From Vulcanimicrobiota bacterium (GTDB taxonomy: Bacteria; Vulcanimicrobiota; Vulcanimicrobiia; Vulcanimicrobiales; Vulcanimicrobiaceae), in contig OY968762.1 in assembly GCA_963695225.1 (NCBI GenBank), positions 1,280,001-1,344,000 of the forward strand: 64,000 bases of DNA, given 5' to 3'. The notes beneath the pieces are model-generated. The model saw nothing but the letters and a program-made list of their open reading frames with translations. It was not told the DNA's origin and did no database searches. Shown piece by piece: positions 1-10,279 of this stretch. Made by a program: the position numbers and the translations under genes. Every line of letters starts with the position of its first letter. The stretch's first letter is position 1.

Positions 1-510
1 GTTTCTCCCCGCCTGCGCCACGGCCACGAACGAGCGGAGTTGCCCCGTGGTCGCCATGTCGAGGTAGCGCGCGCGCAGGATGCCTCGCGGATCGATCACG
101 TACGTCGTAGGAAACGATTGCACGTCGTAAGCGCGGTCGAACGCCTTCGTCCGATCGACGGCCTGCGCGTACGGGACGCCTTTCGCGGCGACGAAGGCGC
201 GCACGATCGGCGCATCTTCCGTGATGTCGACGCCGAGGAACTCGACGCCGCGCGGCCGCAGTTCGCGCGCGGCGCGCCCGAGGTCCGGCGTCTCGAGGCG
301 GCAAGGCGGACACCAAGTCGCCCACACGTTGAGGACGAGCGTCTTGCCGCGATACTGCGCGAGCGTGACGGGCTTCCCGTCGAGGGTGTGCAACGCGAAG
401 TCCGGAGCGGGCTCTCCGAGCGCGGGCCCGGTTAGGAAACCCGGGCTCGAATCGGCCGGCGCGGCGGCGCCGAAGGCGAGCATCGAGGCGAGCGAGAGCA
501 GGCGCACCAT
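1..510 (-). CDS. TlpA/ResA-family thiol-disulfide oxidoreductase with signal peptide (3' end runs off window)
   Basis: Not in the ORF track. Hand translation from ATG 510: MVRLLSLASMLAFGAAAPA...APDFALHTLDGKPVTLAQYRGKTLVLNVWATWCPPCRLETP...FPTTYVIDPRG (WCxxC motif, cis-Pro loop). Confidence 0.9.
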   Translation of the reverse strand, partial: MVRLLSLASMLAFGAAAPADSSPGFLTGPALGEPAPDFALHTLDGKPVTLAQYRGKTLVLNVWATWCPPCRLETPDLGRAARELRPRGVEFLGVDITEDAPIVRAFVAAKGVPYAQAVDRTKAFDRAYDVQSFPTTYVIDPRGILRARYLDMATTGQLRSFVAVAQAGRN

Positions 511-571
511 GGGCGGGGTTTCGCGCCGCCGGTGCCCCGCCCCGCCCGGGACCGCCGCGGCGTCTTGCCGT

Positions 572-1342
572 TCAGACGCGTAGCTTGTAGCCGAGCGCCG
601 TCATCCGCAGCGCCGCGCCGAGAGCGAGGGCCGCCAGCAGCGAGACGATCGCGAGCGAGCGAGCGAGCGGCACGTCCCCCGTCCCGATGAACGCATGCCG
701 GAAGGCGTCGATCATGTACATCATCGGATTGAACGACGAGATCGAGCGCACGAACGGCGGCAACTGATCGGCCGACGTGAAGACTCCGCCGACGAAGACG
801 AGCGGCGTGATCACGAACGTCGTCAGCACGGCGATGTGGTCGAATTTCTCAGCGAGCAGCCCGAAGATGATCCCGAGCGCGCCGAAGAGCGTCGCCACGA
901 GAAACGTCACGCCTGCGAACAGGAACCAATTCTGCGGCCACGTCTGCGCGAAGAGGATGCCGACGCCGAGGACGAGCCCCGCGATGAAGAAGGCCCGGGC
1001 GATCGATGCAAGGATGAAGCCCGCCACGATCTCGACCGCCGAGAGCGGCGCGATCAGCAACTCCTGGATCGAGTTCATGAAACGCCCCTGGAACATCGAA
1101 CTGCTGCACTCGCCGTAGGTCGAATCGATCACCTGCAGCATGATCAGGCCGGGGATCAGGAACGCCGCATACGTCACGCCGCCGGCGGGTTGGATGCGCG
1201 CCCCGAGCGCAAGCCCGAAGACGAAGACGTAGAGCACCGTGGTGATCACCGGGGGCCAGAACACCTGGTTGATCATCTTGAACGTGCGCACGAGCTCCCG
1301 TTTGACGAGCGTCCCGAGGCCGACGAGATTCGCGCCGCTCAT
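572..1342 (-). CDS. ABC-2 type transporter permease (YadH-like)
   Basis: MSGANLVGLGTLVKRELVR...; several hydrophobic segments; PLVFVGGVF and NPMMYMIDAFR motifs; ATGA overlap with the upstream ATPase. Confidence 0.9.
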   Translation of the reverse strand: MSGANLVGLGTLVKRELVRTFKMINQVFWPPVITTVLYVFVFGLALGARIQPAGGVTYAAFLIPGLIMLQVIDSTYGECSSSMFQGRFMNSIQELLIAPLSAVEIVAGFILASIARAFFIAGLVLGVGILFAQTWPQNWFLFAGVTFLVATLFGALGIIFGLLAEKFDHIAVLTTFVITPLVFVGGVFTSADQLPPFVRSISSFNPMMYMIDAFRHAFIGTGDVPLARSLAIVSLLAALALGAALRMTALGYKLRV

Positions 1343-2265
1343 CCGCGCGTGAGCTCCAGGAAGACGTCCTGCAGATTCGCGCGCCGGAAATCGACGTCGA
1401 CGACGCGATACCCGGCCCGTTCGAGCGCGAGGAGCGCGGCAGAGATCCGCTCGGCGGCGAGCCCGTCGAAGCGCGCGACGCCCGGAGCGTCCGCGTCCGC
1501 GCGCGCGCCGAGCGCCGCGAGTTCCGGCGTGACGGCCGAGAACGAACGGTCGAGCGTTACGCGCAGCGTGCTGCCGTCCCGCCCCGAGAGCAAGCGTTCC
1601 GTCGTGTCGAGCGCGACGAGCCGCCCGCTTTCGATGATTCCGATCCGGCGGCAGAGCGATTCCGCCTCTTCCAGATAATGCGTCGTCAGCACGAGCGTCA
1701 TTCCGCCCGCGTTGAGTTCGCGCAGGAACGCCCACAACTCGATTCGGAGTTCGACGTCGACGCCGGCGGTCGGCTCGTCCAGGATCAGCAGCCGCGGTTC
1801 GTGGATCAAGGCGCGGGCGAGCGTGAGCCGGCGCTTCATCCCCCCGGAGAGCTTCACGAACGTGTCGTTCGCCTTGCTCGAGAGCCCGAACCGCTCGAGC
1901 AACTCGTCCGCCCGCCGCCGGACGGCCGGCCCGCGCAGCCCGAAGTAACCGGCCTGATAGATCAGCACGTCGCGGATCGAGAGGTACCGGTCGAAGTTGT
2001 ACTCCTGCGGCGCGAGCCCGATCATCCCGCGGGAGAGGCGCCAATCGGCCTGCGTGTCGGCGCCGAAAACAGCGATGCGCCCGGAGGTCGGGCGGGCGAG
2101 CCCCACGATCGCGTTGATCGTCGTCGTCTTCCCCGCGCCGTTCGGCCCGAGCAGCCCGAAGAAATCCCCCGCCCGAACGGTCAGCGAAAGATCGTCGACG
2201 GCGGTGAACGTCCCGAACCGCTTCGTCAGATGCGAGATCGAGATCGCATCAGGGGATCCGTTCAC
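1339..2265 (-). CDS. ABC transporter ATP-binding protein (YadG-like)
   Basis: GPNGAGKT, LSGGM, LILDEPTAGVD, THY motifs; start placed at GTG 2265. Confidence 0.92.
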   Translation of the reverse strand: MNGSPDAISISHLTKRFGTFTAVDDLSLTVRAGDFFGLLGPNGAGKTTTINAIVGLARPTSGRIAVFGADTQADWRLSRGMIGLAPQEYNFDRYLSIRDVLIYQAGYFGLRGPAVRRRADELLERFGLSSKANDTFVKLSGGMKRRLTLARALIHEPRLLILDEPTAGVDVELRIELWAFLRELNAGGMTLVLTTHYLEEAESLCRRIGIIESGRLVALDTTERLLSGRDGSTLRVTLDRSFSAVTPELAALGARADADAPGVARFDGLAAERISAALLALERAGYRVVDVDFRRANLQDVFLELTRG

Positions 2266-2989
2266 CGAGCTCCTTGTAGCGGTGGCGCAGCAGCACGCGC
2301 ACGCGGTCCTTCGCATCCGGCATGCCGCTCTTGCGAAGCTGGCGGACGACCTTTTCGACGTCGAATGCAACGCGCCGGTGCTTGATCTCCCAGCCGCCGG
2401 AGCGTTCCGTCAGGATCGCATACCCGGCGCGCGGGTCTCCGTCCTTCGGAAGGCCGGCCGAGGCGACGTTGACGAAGATGCGGTCGCGCCAGGCGCGCAC
2501 GTACGGCACGTGCAGGTGCCCGAAGACGATCGTCCGTTCGGGGACGCCGGCGGTCATCCGCACGAGCAATCCGTCGTCCGCATCGGGCCAGAGATGCTCT
2601 TCATCGTTCTTCGGATTCGCATGGACGACGAGGAGTTCGTTCCCCTCCGCTCCGATGCGCAGCGAAGCGGGAAACTCCCGCAGCCGCGCGAGCCACGCCG
2701 GGCCGAGTTGCGCGCGCTGCCACGCGAGCGCGGCTGCTTCTTCCCCGCCCTCAGCAAGCGCGTCTTCCGCAGCGGAGCCGCCGGCGATGTAGCGATCCGT
2801 GTTGCCGCGCACGCAGCGCGCACCGATCTCGCTCAAGCGTTCGAGCACTTCGCGGGGGCGGGGACCGTCCATGCAATAATCGCCCGCACCAATGATGACG
2901 TCGGCACCGCCCTGGCCGGCGAGATCGTCCAGGCACGCTTCGAGACCGCGGAGGTTTCCGTGAACGTCGGAGACGATCGCGGCCCGCAC
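2249..2989 (-). CDS. Metallophosphoesterase (YfcE/calcineurin-like)
   Basis: SDVHGN, GD, RGNTD, HA, GHLH motifs. Confidence 0.88.
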   Translation of the reverse strand: MRAAIVSDVHGNLRGLEACLDDLAGQGGADVIIGAGDYCMDGPRPREVLERLSEIGARCVRGNTDRYIAGGSAAEDALAEGGEEAAALAWQRAQLGPAWLARLREFPASLRIGAEGNELLVVHANPKNDEEHLWPDADDGLLVRMTAGVPERTIVFGHLHVPYVRAWRDRIFVNVASAGLPKDGDPRAGYAILTERSGGWEIKHRRVAFDVEKVVRQLRKSGMPDAKDRVRVLLRHRYKELGERIP

Positions 2990-2991
2990 GT

Positions 2992-3861
2992 TCAGCCTCG
3001 CTTCAACGCGAGCGCGAGCAACGACGGGGTCGTCCCGATCTTCCCGAACTCCCACAGATCGATCGCGTCGACCGCGATGCCCGCCGAGCGCAGCAGCGGG
3101 ACGACGGCCCGGAAGCGCAGGTTGCCGAGAACGCGCCCCCGCCCTAGCGCGAGGACGCCCGCACCGTAATCGTCGCCCCGCGGCACGGCGAGCGTCGCGA
3201 GGCCGGCGAACGCGCCGCCCTCGACGAGGCCCGGCGAATAGACGACCGTCTTCTCGTCGACGAACGCGGCGACGCCGCGCAGGCGAACGGCATCGGCGGC
3301 GACGGGAACTTCGACGACCTTCCGTCCGATGCTCTCCGCGTAGGCGGCGATCTGCTTGCGTCCGAGCGCGTTCCCGCGCCTCCCGGTGGGAATCCCGCCT
3401 GCCGACGGCCGGGCACGGCCGACGCCCACATAGAGCGCGCCCGCGCCCAACATCACGTCGCCCCCGTCGAGCAAACCAGGCGCTTGGACGCGTCCGACGA
3501 TCGGCACGCCCGCCGCCGCGAGCGCCGCCTCGACCGCCGGGAGCTCGGCGCGCCGTGTCTCATCGCTGGGGCGCGCGAGAAACGCACCTTCGGGGAAGAC
3601 GACCGCGAGATCCGCGACGGCGCTCGCGTTCGGAAGACCGGCGGCCGGCTCGAGCACGATCGTGCGCACCCCGTTATACTGCAGCGTCCCCTCGAAGATC
3701 GCGAATTGCTCGAGCGCGCGCTCGAGTATGGCACCGGACTCGCCCTGGACGGGATTCGCCCGTTCGATCGACGCTCCCGGCCGCACGAGCATGGCCGTCG
3801 CGAGACGCGCGCCGTCGTTTGCCACGAAGGGACCCTGGACTGTCGTTGCCGTCGAGATCAC
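2992..3861 (-). CDS. Amidinotransferase/dimethylargininase (DDAH)-fold protein with degenerate catalytic residues
   Basis: RPS..RRAE, PGLLDGGDV and a C-terminal EFGKIG segment match the DDAH layout; no Cys in the C-terminal catalytic segment. Confidence 0.75.
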   Translation of the reverse strand: MISTATTVQGPFVANDGARLATAMLVRPGASIERANPVQGESGAILERALEQFAIFEGTLQYNGVRTIVLEPAAGLPNASAVADLAVVFPEGAFLARPSDETRRAELPAVEAALAAAGVPIVGRVQAPGLLDGGDVMLGAGALYVGVGRARPSAGGIPTGRRGNALGRKQIAAYAESIGRKVVEVPVAADAVRLRGVAAFVDEKTVVYSPGLVEGGAFAGLATLAVPRGDDYGAGVLALGRGRVLGNLRFRAVVPLLRSAGIAVDAIDLWEFGKIGTTPSLLALALKRG

Positions 3862-6545
3862 CCGCGGTAGTTGGCCGAAAGGCGCGCCGCGCCCCCTCTC
3901 GCGATTCCGGGCGCCGGGCGCACGCTCGCCCGTTGCACCGGCGGCGCGGCTTGGACGTAGGCCGGCGCATCGGGGCTCGACGTGAAGAAATCCCGCAGAT
4001 CCGCCGCGAGCGCATCGCCGAGCGAGAGCGGGGGAAGCCCGAGCAACTCTTCCTCCGTCTTGAGCACGCTCGCGGTGGAGAGGTGGCGCGCGCCGAGATA
4101 GCGCTGCTTGGCGTACGGCGAGATGACGAGCGCGTAGGTGCGATGGGCCTGCACGTGATCGCGCGAGGATTCCGCATCGTCGGACATCACGAAGATCGCC
4201 GTCTCCTTCCACTCGGGCAAGTGCGTGAGGTACTCGACGATCGTGCCGAGCGCGCGGTCGGAGTCGGCGACCCGCTCCGCGAGCGAAGGGACGCCGGGGC
4301 CGGCGCCGGCCCGGCTCCCCGGCAACCAAATGTGCGTGTAACTCGGCACCTGCTTGCGTCCCGCCAAGAGCGAGAAGTCGCGGACGAACTCCTTCGCGCG
4401 CCGGGCATCGCGAACGCGCAGGTTCCAGCCGGGATAATCGAGATCGACGTGCCCCGCGAGCGCGGCCGGAGCGGGCACGTCCAGCGAGTAGAGGCCGCCG
4501 AGGCCGCGCGTCGGCGGGTTCGCATCGGCCGCATCGACGTACGCCGGATCGTCGGTTCGCGGGTCCGGGGCTGCGCCGCGGTCGTATCCCGAGAGTTGCA
4601 GGAGGTCGCCGTAGACGCGATAGCTCAGGTGTTTGCGCGAAAGCGCATCGAAGATGTAGCCGTTGCGCGGATAGTCCTCGGGGTCTTGGCTTGCGTTCCC
4701 GAGCGGCCCGCGGCCGTGCGCCACGAGGCGCGTCCTCTCCGTGAACGCCGAAGCGATTCCGCCCACCGCGAATTGGTGCGCCGCGTTCGACTCGTCGGCA
4801 TCGGCGTAGAAGTTCGTCGCCAGCGCGTAGGTGCGCGCGAGCGCGTGCAGATTCGGCGTCGCCGTCTCGCCGAACGCGACGAGCGACGGAGCGCCGTTGC
4901 CGTGCGGCTGCCCCGCGGCGTCGGTCAAGTCACCGAGCATCGCGTCGTACGTTTTGCTCTCTTGCAGGATCAGCACGACGTGCTTGATCGTCCGGCTCGG
5001 GACGCCTTGGAAGCCCTGCGGGACGGCGGGATTCGCGACCCCCCTGCGCGCGACGCGCACGTACGTGAGCGCGCGCCGCGTCGTGCGGGGAAGATCGATC
5101 CCGGCAAGATCGATCTTCTGCAGCGTCGCCCACGCGGCGCCGCGGTCGATTTGCTCCGCGACGACGGTTCCCCCCGCGTCATGCGCCGTCGGCACCTCCG
5201 CGGCGGCGCGAGTCTCGTCGTCGAACCCCTTCGCATTCGCGACGTAGAGCGTGCGGCCGTCGGCGGAGAGTGCGAGCGCGCTCGGCGACCACCCGGTCGG
5301 GATCAGGCCGACGCGGTGCGGGCGCGCGGGATCGCGCACGTCGAGGACCGCGACGGCGTTCAACCCGGAAAGTGCGACGTAGAGCCGCTTCTGATCGGAC
5401 GACACTGCGAGGGCGGTCGGCTGCGTGCCGTACGGCGCGCGGTCGAAGAGCCGCAACTCCGTCCCTCCGACGACGCGCGCGCGTCCCTTCGCATCGAACG
5501 CGACGACGGCGATGCGGTCGACGTTCGTCATGGCGACGAACGCGTGACGGCCGTCCTTCGTAGCCGCGATCCCGGTCGGGTGCGCACCGCCGATCGTCCT
5601 CGATCCGTCGGGCCCCCGGTCCATCGCGAGGGCGTACGAGCGCTGCCGCACGGGTAAACCTCGCGCCGCAAGCGGAATGACCGAGAGCGAAGAGGCCTTG
5701 GCCGGCTCAGGTTTGGGGCTGCGGAACTCGGGGGCGGCCACGGGGGTCGCGAGCGTGCGATAGCTCGCAAGCCCTTCGTTCGCAACGAGCAAGCGATCGC
5801 CGGCACGAGCCGCGCCGAAGGGGAAGTAGCCGACCGGAACCGGCACCCCGGCAAGCGTCCGCGAGGCGACGTCGATCGTCGTCACGTCGTTCGCGAGATC
5901 GTTCACGACGTAGACTCGCGTGCCGTCTTTCGAGGCGACGAGCGATGCGGGGAACGCCCGCCCCGCATTCGCCGCCTGCGCGTCCGTGGAGAGCGGCATC
6001 GCGATCGAGGGGACGCGATCGGGAACGAGATGCCCCGCCCCGTCCAGATCGAAGACTGCGACGGCGTCGTCGGCGCCTCCGGCGGCGAAGACGAGCGTAC
6101 GCCCCGCATCGAGCGGATCGGCGAACGCGACGATCCCCGCGAAGAACGTCGCGCCGGGCGCGCGGTATTGCTCGACGAGACGCATCGTCGCGGTCTCGAC
6201 GACCGCGAGCGAATACCCGCCGCGGATGCGCGGATCGAGGCCGTTCGTCGCGGAACTTCCGCCTTCGTCGCAATTCGAGACGAGCGCAAAGCGCCCGTCG
6301 GGCGTGAGCGTGACCCCCAGCGCGTTCATGCCGACGGCGACGCTCGCGCCTTCCGGGACGACCAGCCGCCCCGAAGGGAGGATCTGCGAGTACGGATCGG
6401 CCGGGTCCAGCAGGCCGGCGGCGCGGTTCCCCGCGGGCGGCTCGAAGACGAGCGGAGCGGCAGGCTTGGCGGCCGCGCCGGCGGAGGGAGGCGCGAAGAG
6501 CAAACCGGCCGCGGCGCAAAGCGCGGCGAGAAGACGGATTCTCAC
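3858..6545 (-). CDS. Secreted beta-propeller (YVTN/YncE) plus phosphoesterase/alkaline-phosphatase-like protein
   Basis: Signal peptide; repeated S.DG..lyVaN blades; KHVVLILQESKTYD, TPNLHALA, NFY, DHVQAHR motifs. Confidence 0.85.
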   Translation of the reverse strand: MRIRLLAALCAAAGLLFAPPSAGAAAKPAAPLVFEPPAGNRAAGLLDPADPYSQILPSGRLVVPEGASVAVGMNALGVTLTPDGRFALVSNCDEGGSSATNGLDPRIRGGYSLAVVETATMRLVEQYRAPGATFFAGIVAFADPLDAGRTLVFAAGGADDAVAVFDLDGAGHLVPDRVPSIAMPLSTDAQAANAGRAFPASLVASKDGTRVYVVNDLANDVTTIDVASRTLAGVPVPVGYFPFGAARAGDRLLVANEGLASYRTLATPVAAPEFRSPKPEPAKASSLSVIPLAARGLPVRQRSYALAMDRGPDGSRTIGGAHPTGIAATKDGRHAFVAMTNVDRIAVVAFDAKGRARVVGGTELRLFDRAPYGTQPTALAVSSDQKRLYVALSGLNAVAVLDVRDPARPHRVGLIPTGWSPSALALSADGRTLYVANAKGFDDETRAAAEVPTAHDAGGTVVAEQIDRGAAWATLQKIDLAGIDLPRTTRRALTYVRVARRGVANPAVPQGFQGVPSRTIKHVVLILQESKTYDAMLGDLTDAAGQPHGNGAPSLVAFGETATPNLHALARTYALATNFYADADESNAAHQFAVGGIASAFTERTRLVAHGRGPLGNASQDPEDYPRNGYIFDALSRKHLSYRVYGDLLQLSGYDRGAAPDPRTDDPAYVDAADANPPTRGLGGLYSLDVPAPAALAGHVDLDYPGWNLRVRDARRAKEFVRDFSLLAGRKQVPSYTHIWLPGSRAGAGPGVPSLAERVADSDRALGTIVEYLTHLPEWKETAIFVMSDDAESSRDHVQAHRTYALVISPYAKQRYLGARHLSTASVLKTEEELLGLPPLSLGDALAADLRDFFTSSPDAPAYVQAAPPVQRASVRPAPGIARGGAARLSANYRG

Positions 6546-6578
6546 GCTTTTCGCATACGGTCCGGCAGCACGTAGCTC

Positions 6579-8042
6579 CTAGCTGGAACGGCTGCAGCGC
6601 GCGAGCGCTCGGGCGAGGCGCGCGATCCCTTCTCGCGCCGTGGCCTCGTCGAGATCGCCGAAGGAGAGCCGTAACGCGGGAGGACCCGAGCGCGTCGGGT
6701 AGGATGCATCCGCCGGCATCACGAGGACGCCTTCGCGGGCGCACTCGGCGAACGCGGCCTGCATCGAGATGCGCGGCGGGAGCGGGAGCCAAAGCGTGAC
6801 GCCCGCGGCAGGCGGCCGGGCGTTCGCCCAGGGAAGCGCTCGCGCGAGCTCCTCGACGAACGCATCGCGGCGGCGCCGATAGAGCGCTTTCGCCGCGCGC
6901 AGATGCTTGGGGTACGCCGGCGATTCCAGGAAGCGCCGCACGGAGCGCTGCATCAACGTGGACGTGAACGAATCCGTCCGTTCCTTCGCCGCCGCGAGCG
7001 GGGCGTGCAGCGCGCCGCGCGCGCAGATGTACCCGATGCGGAGCGCCGGAAAGATCGATTTGGAAAGGCTCTCCATCACGACGACGCGCCCGTCCACGTC
7101 GTACGCGGCGAGCGGCGCCGGGGGGCGGGCGTCGTAGGTGAACACCCAGCCGGTCTGATCCTCGAGGATCACGACGTCGTACCGCCGTGCCAGTCCCACG
7201 ATCGCCCGCGCCCGCCGCTCGGGCAGGATGCCGCCGGTCGGATTCTGCGCGAAGGGATTGAGGTACAGCAGGCGCGGGCGATACTCCGCGAAGACGCGCG
7301 CGACGTCGTCGACGCGCACGCCCTCGTCGTCGGCGCCGAGCTCGACGTACGTCACGGCGCGCGCATCGAACGCCCCGAGCGTCGCCGCGTACGTCGGGCT
7401 CTCCGCGGCGACGACCGAGCGGGGTTCGAGCAACGTCCCGGCGACGATGTCGACGGCCTGCTGCGCCCCCGAGCAGACGATGACGTCGCGCGCGGAAGCC
7501 TCGACGCCGCGGGCGTTCAACGCCCGCGCGAGCGTCGCGCGCAAATCCGGATCCCCGCTCCCGGAAGCGTACTGCATCGTCTCGGGCGGGTCGTCGAGGA
7601 GCGTCCGCTGGACGCAACGGCCGAACTCGGCGAGCGGGAACGTCTCGGGCGCGGGATACCCCGTCGCGAGCGAGATCGTGCCCGGGCGCCGCGCCGCTTC
7701 GAGGCGCTCGAAGACGCCCTCCATGCGTGCCCGAGAGTGACTGCCGAGATCGGGCTCCCAGCGGCGCGCCGGCGGCTCGATCGCCCCGGCGGGGCGCGCG
7801 ACGAACGAACCTTTCCCGACGCGCGTGACGATGCGCCCGCGCGCGCCAAGCGCCTCGTAGGCTTGCGAGACCGTGACGAGCCCGCACCCCAAGCGCCGCG
7901 CCAATTCGCGCATTCCCGGGAGGCGCTCCCCCGGAACCAGCTCGCCGCGCTCGATCCGCGCCGCCAGACCGTCGGCGATCTGAACGTAGAGCGGGCGCTT
8001 ATCCCGCTCGTCGAGAAAGAATTCGCCGAGGACCGGCTTCAC
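6579..8042 (-). CDS. MocR/GntR-family regulator with PLP aminotransferase domain
   Basis: PLYVQIA...LPGMRELA wHTH; QNPTG, ILED, SLSKSIFPALRIGY motifs. Confidence 0.92.
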   Translation of the reverse strand: MKPVLGEFFLDERDKRPLYVQIADGLAARIERGELVPGERLPGMRELARRLGCGLVTVSQAYEALGARGRIVTRVGKGSFVARPAGAIEPPARRWEPDLGSHSRARMEGVFERLEAARRPGTISLATGYPAPETFPLAEFGRCVQRTLLDDPPETMQYASGSGDPDLRATLARALNARGVEASARDVIVCSGAQQAVDIVAGTLLEPRSVVAAESPTYAATLGAFDARAVTYVELGADDEGVRVDDVARVFAEYRPRLLYLNPFAQNPTGGILPERRARAIVGLARRYDVVILEDQTGWVFTYDARPPAPLAAYDVDGRVVVMESLSKSIFPALRIGYICARGALHAPLAAAKERTDSFTSTLMQRSVRRFLESPAYPKHLRAAKALYRRRRDAFVEELARALPWANARPPAAGVTLWLPLPPRISMQAAFAECAREGVLVMPADASYPTRSGPPALRLSFGDLDEATAREGIARLARALARCSRSS

Positions 8043-8737
8043 GCCGCGTCGAGCCGGTATCCGATTCCGCGCACCGAGGAGATCTCGACGCTCGAGCCGA
8101 CCTCGCCGAGCTTCTTGCGTAGGGCCGCGACGTGCACGTCGACGACGCGCGTCGGGACGCCGGAGACGTCGTTCCAAACGCGTTCGAGGATCTGCGCGCG
8201 CGTCAGCAAGCGTCCCTCGCCCTCGGCCAAGAACCACAGCAAGCGGAACTCGAGCGCCGTCAGGCTCACGGTCTTATCGTTTCGTTCCAGGACGTGGAGA
8301 TCGCGCAGCAAACGCGCGTCGCCTACTCCGAGCGTCGCCCCGTTCGCATTCGCGCGTGCCCGGTCGCGCCGCCGCAGGAAGGCGCCGATCCGCGCGACGA
8401 GTTCGCTCGGGAGGAAGGGCTTCGTGATGTAGTCGTCCGCGCCGAGCCCCAGGCCGCGCAGTTTGAACTCTTCCTCCGCATGCCCGCTCACGAGCAGGAT
8501 GTAAGCATCGGCGCTTTCCGCAATCGCCGTGCAGACGTCGAGCCCCGACATGTCGGGCAAGCCGATGTCCAAGAGCACGACGTCCGGACGGTACTTCGTC
8601 ATGAGCTGCAAACCGGTCGAGCCGTTCGCTGCGATGCGAGCCTCGTAGCCCGCTTTGGCCAAGACGAGTTGTTCGAACCGCGCCGTGTCGGCGTCGTCTT
8701 CGACGATCAGCACCCGAGCGGTCGAACTGTCGATCAT
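8039..8737 (-). CDS. OmpR-family response regulator
   Basis: VEDD, LLDIGLP, GADDYITKPF, VVDVHVAALRKKL, VRGIGY motifs. Confidence 0.93.
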   Translation of the reverse strand: MIDSSTARVLIVEDDADTARFEQLVLAKAGYEARIAANGSTGLQLMTKYRPDVVLLDIGLPDMSGLDVCTAIAESADAYILLVSGHAEEEFKLRGLGLGADDYITKPFLPSELVARIGAFLRRRDRARANANGATLGVGDARLLRDLHVLERNDKTVSLTALEFRLLWFLAEGEGRLLTRAQILERVWNDVSGVPTRVVDVHVAALRKKLGEVGSSVEISSVRGIGYRLDAA

Positions 8738-10185
8738 GTGCGAGCGCCCGCGCCTCCCGGCGCGTCTTCGCTGTCGACCGCCAGCAGCCGCCGCCCGATC
8801 CCTTCGCGGGCAGCCTCCGCCGCGACCGCCTTCGCGACCGCATCGACGACGCGCGGATCGAAGACGCTCGGGATTACGTACTCAGGCCCGCGCTCGGCAT
8901 CCGTGACGATCTCCGCGATCGCGTGCGCCGCCGCCAGCTTCATCCCTTCGGTGATCTTCCGGGACCGGCAGTCGAGCGCACCGCGGAAGATCCCCGGAAA
9001 AGCCAAGAGGTTGTTGACCTGGTTCGGGAAATCGGAGCGGCCGGTCGCCATCACCGCGACGTACGGCGCAGCGATGTCGGGCATGATCTCCGGGGTCGGG
9101 TTCGCCATCGCGAACACGATCGGATCGCGAGCCATCCCTTGGAGATCGGCGGGTTTGAGGATTCCCGGCGCGGAGACTCCTACGAACACGTCCGCCCCGC
9201 GCAGCACTTCGCCGAGTTGCCCGTGCTTGTTGTCTCGGTTCGTGTGCTCTGCGAGCCAGGTCCAATGGGCGTTCGTGTAGGTTTCGTCGCGATTGATGGC
9301 CCCGGCGCGGTCCACCGGAATCACGTCGCGCACGCCCGCGGCGAGCAGCATCTTGATCGTCGCGGTCCCGGCCGCGCCGCAACCGTTGACGACGACCGTC
9401 AGATCTTCCATGCGTTTGCCGACGACTTTCGCCGCGTTGATCAGCGCCGCGAGGATGACGACGGCCGTTCCGTGCTGATCGTCGTGCATCACGGGGATGT
9501 CGAGACGCTCGATCAACTGCCGTTCGATCTCGAAGCAGCGCGGCGCCGAGATATCTTCGAGGTTGATTCCGCCGAAGATCGGCGCGATCCGCACGACGGT
9601 CTCGACGATCTCGTCGACGTCCTTCGTATCCAAGCAGATCGGAAATGCGTCGATGCCCGCGAACTGCTTGAAGAGCATCGCTTTGCCCTCCATCACGGGC
9701 GCCGCTCCGAACGGCCCGATGTCGCCGAGCCCGAGCACGGCCGTGCCGTCGGAGACGACGGCGACCGAGTTGCGCTTGATCGTGAACTTATAGGCTTTCG
9801 AAGGGTCGTCGGCGATCGCCATGGAGACCCGCGCGACGCCCGGCGTGTACACGGTGGAAAGGTCGTGCCGAGTCTTGACGGGGACCGTCCCTTCGACGCG
9901 GATCTTCCCGCCGAGATGGGCGAGGAACGTGCTGTCGGAGACGCCGATCACCTTGACGCCGCCGAGCCCTTGGACGACGGCGCGCACGGCCGCCGCGACC
10001 GCGTCCGAGGAAACGTTCACCGTGACGTCGCGCGTGACCACGGACTTTGCGATGGCGCACACGTCGACACCGCCGATCATTCCGCCGGCCGAGCCGATTG
10101 CGGACGCAAGCTCGCCGAAGGCACCCGGGGTGTTCGGCATTTCGAGGCGCATGATGAGGGAGAAACCGATTGCAGGACTTGCCAT
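8734..10185 (-). CDS. NAD(P)-dependent malic enzyme with N-terminal ACT domain
   Basis: YTPGVA, DGTAVLGLGDIG, EGKA, NLEDI, HDDQHGT, GCGAAG, TGRSDFPNQVNN motifs. Confidence 0.93.
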   Translation of the reverse strand: MASPAIGFSLIMRLEMPNTPGAFGELASAIGSAGGMIGGVDVCAIAKSVVTRDVTVNVSSDAVAAAVRAVVQGLGGVKVIGVSDSTFLAHLGGKIRVEGTVPVKTRHDLSTVYTPGVARVSMAIADDPSKAYKFTIKRNSVAVVSDGTAVLGLGDIGPFGAAPVMEGKAMLFKQFAGIDAFPICLDTKDVDEIVETVVRIAPIFGGINLEDISAPRCFEIERQLIERLDIPVMHDDQHGTAVVILAALINAAKVVGKRMEDLTVVVNGCGAAGTATIKMLLAAGVRDVIPVDRAGAINRDETYTNAHWTWLAEHTNRDNKHGQLGEVLRGADVFVGVSAPGILKPADLQGMARDPIVFAMANPTPEIMPDIAAPYVAVMATGRSDFPNQVNNLLAFPGIFRGALDCRSRKITEGMKLAAAHAIAEIVTDAERGPEYVIPSVFDPRVVDAVAKAVAAEAAREGIGRRLLAVDSEDAPGGAGART

Positions 10186-10279
10186 GCCCATACGTTATCG
10201 GCAGAAAATGGCGGCTCCTAGGTCTTTTCGCAGACCTTTTTCCGGGCCGGCGCCGCACGGGAGGCGCCTGCGTTGCTCG

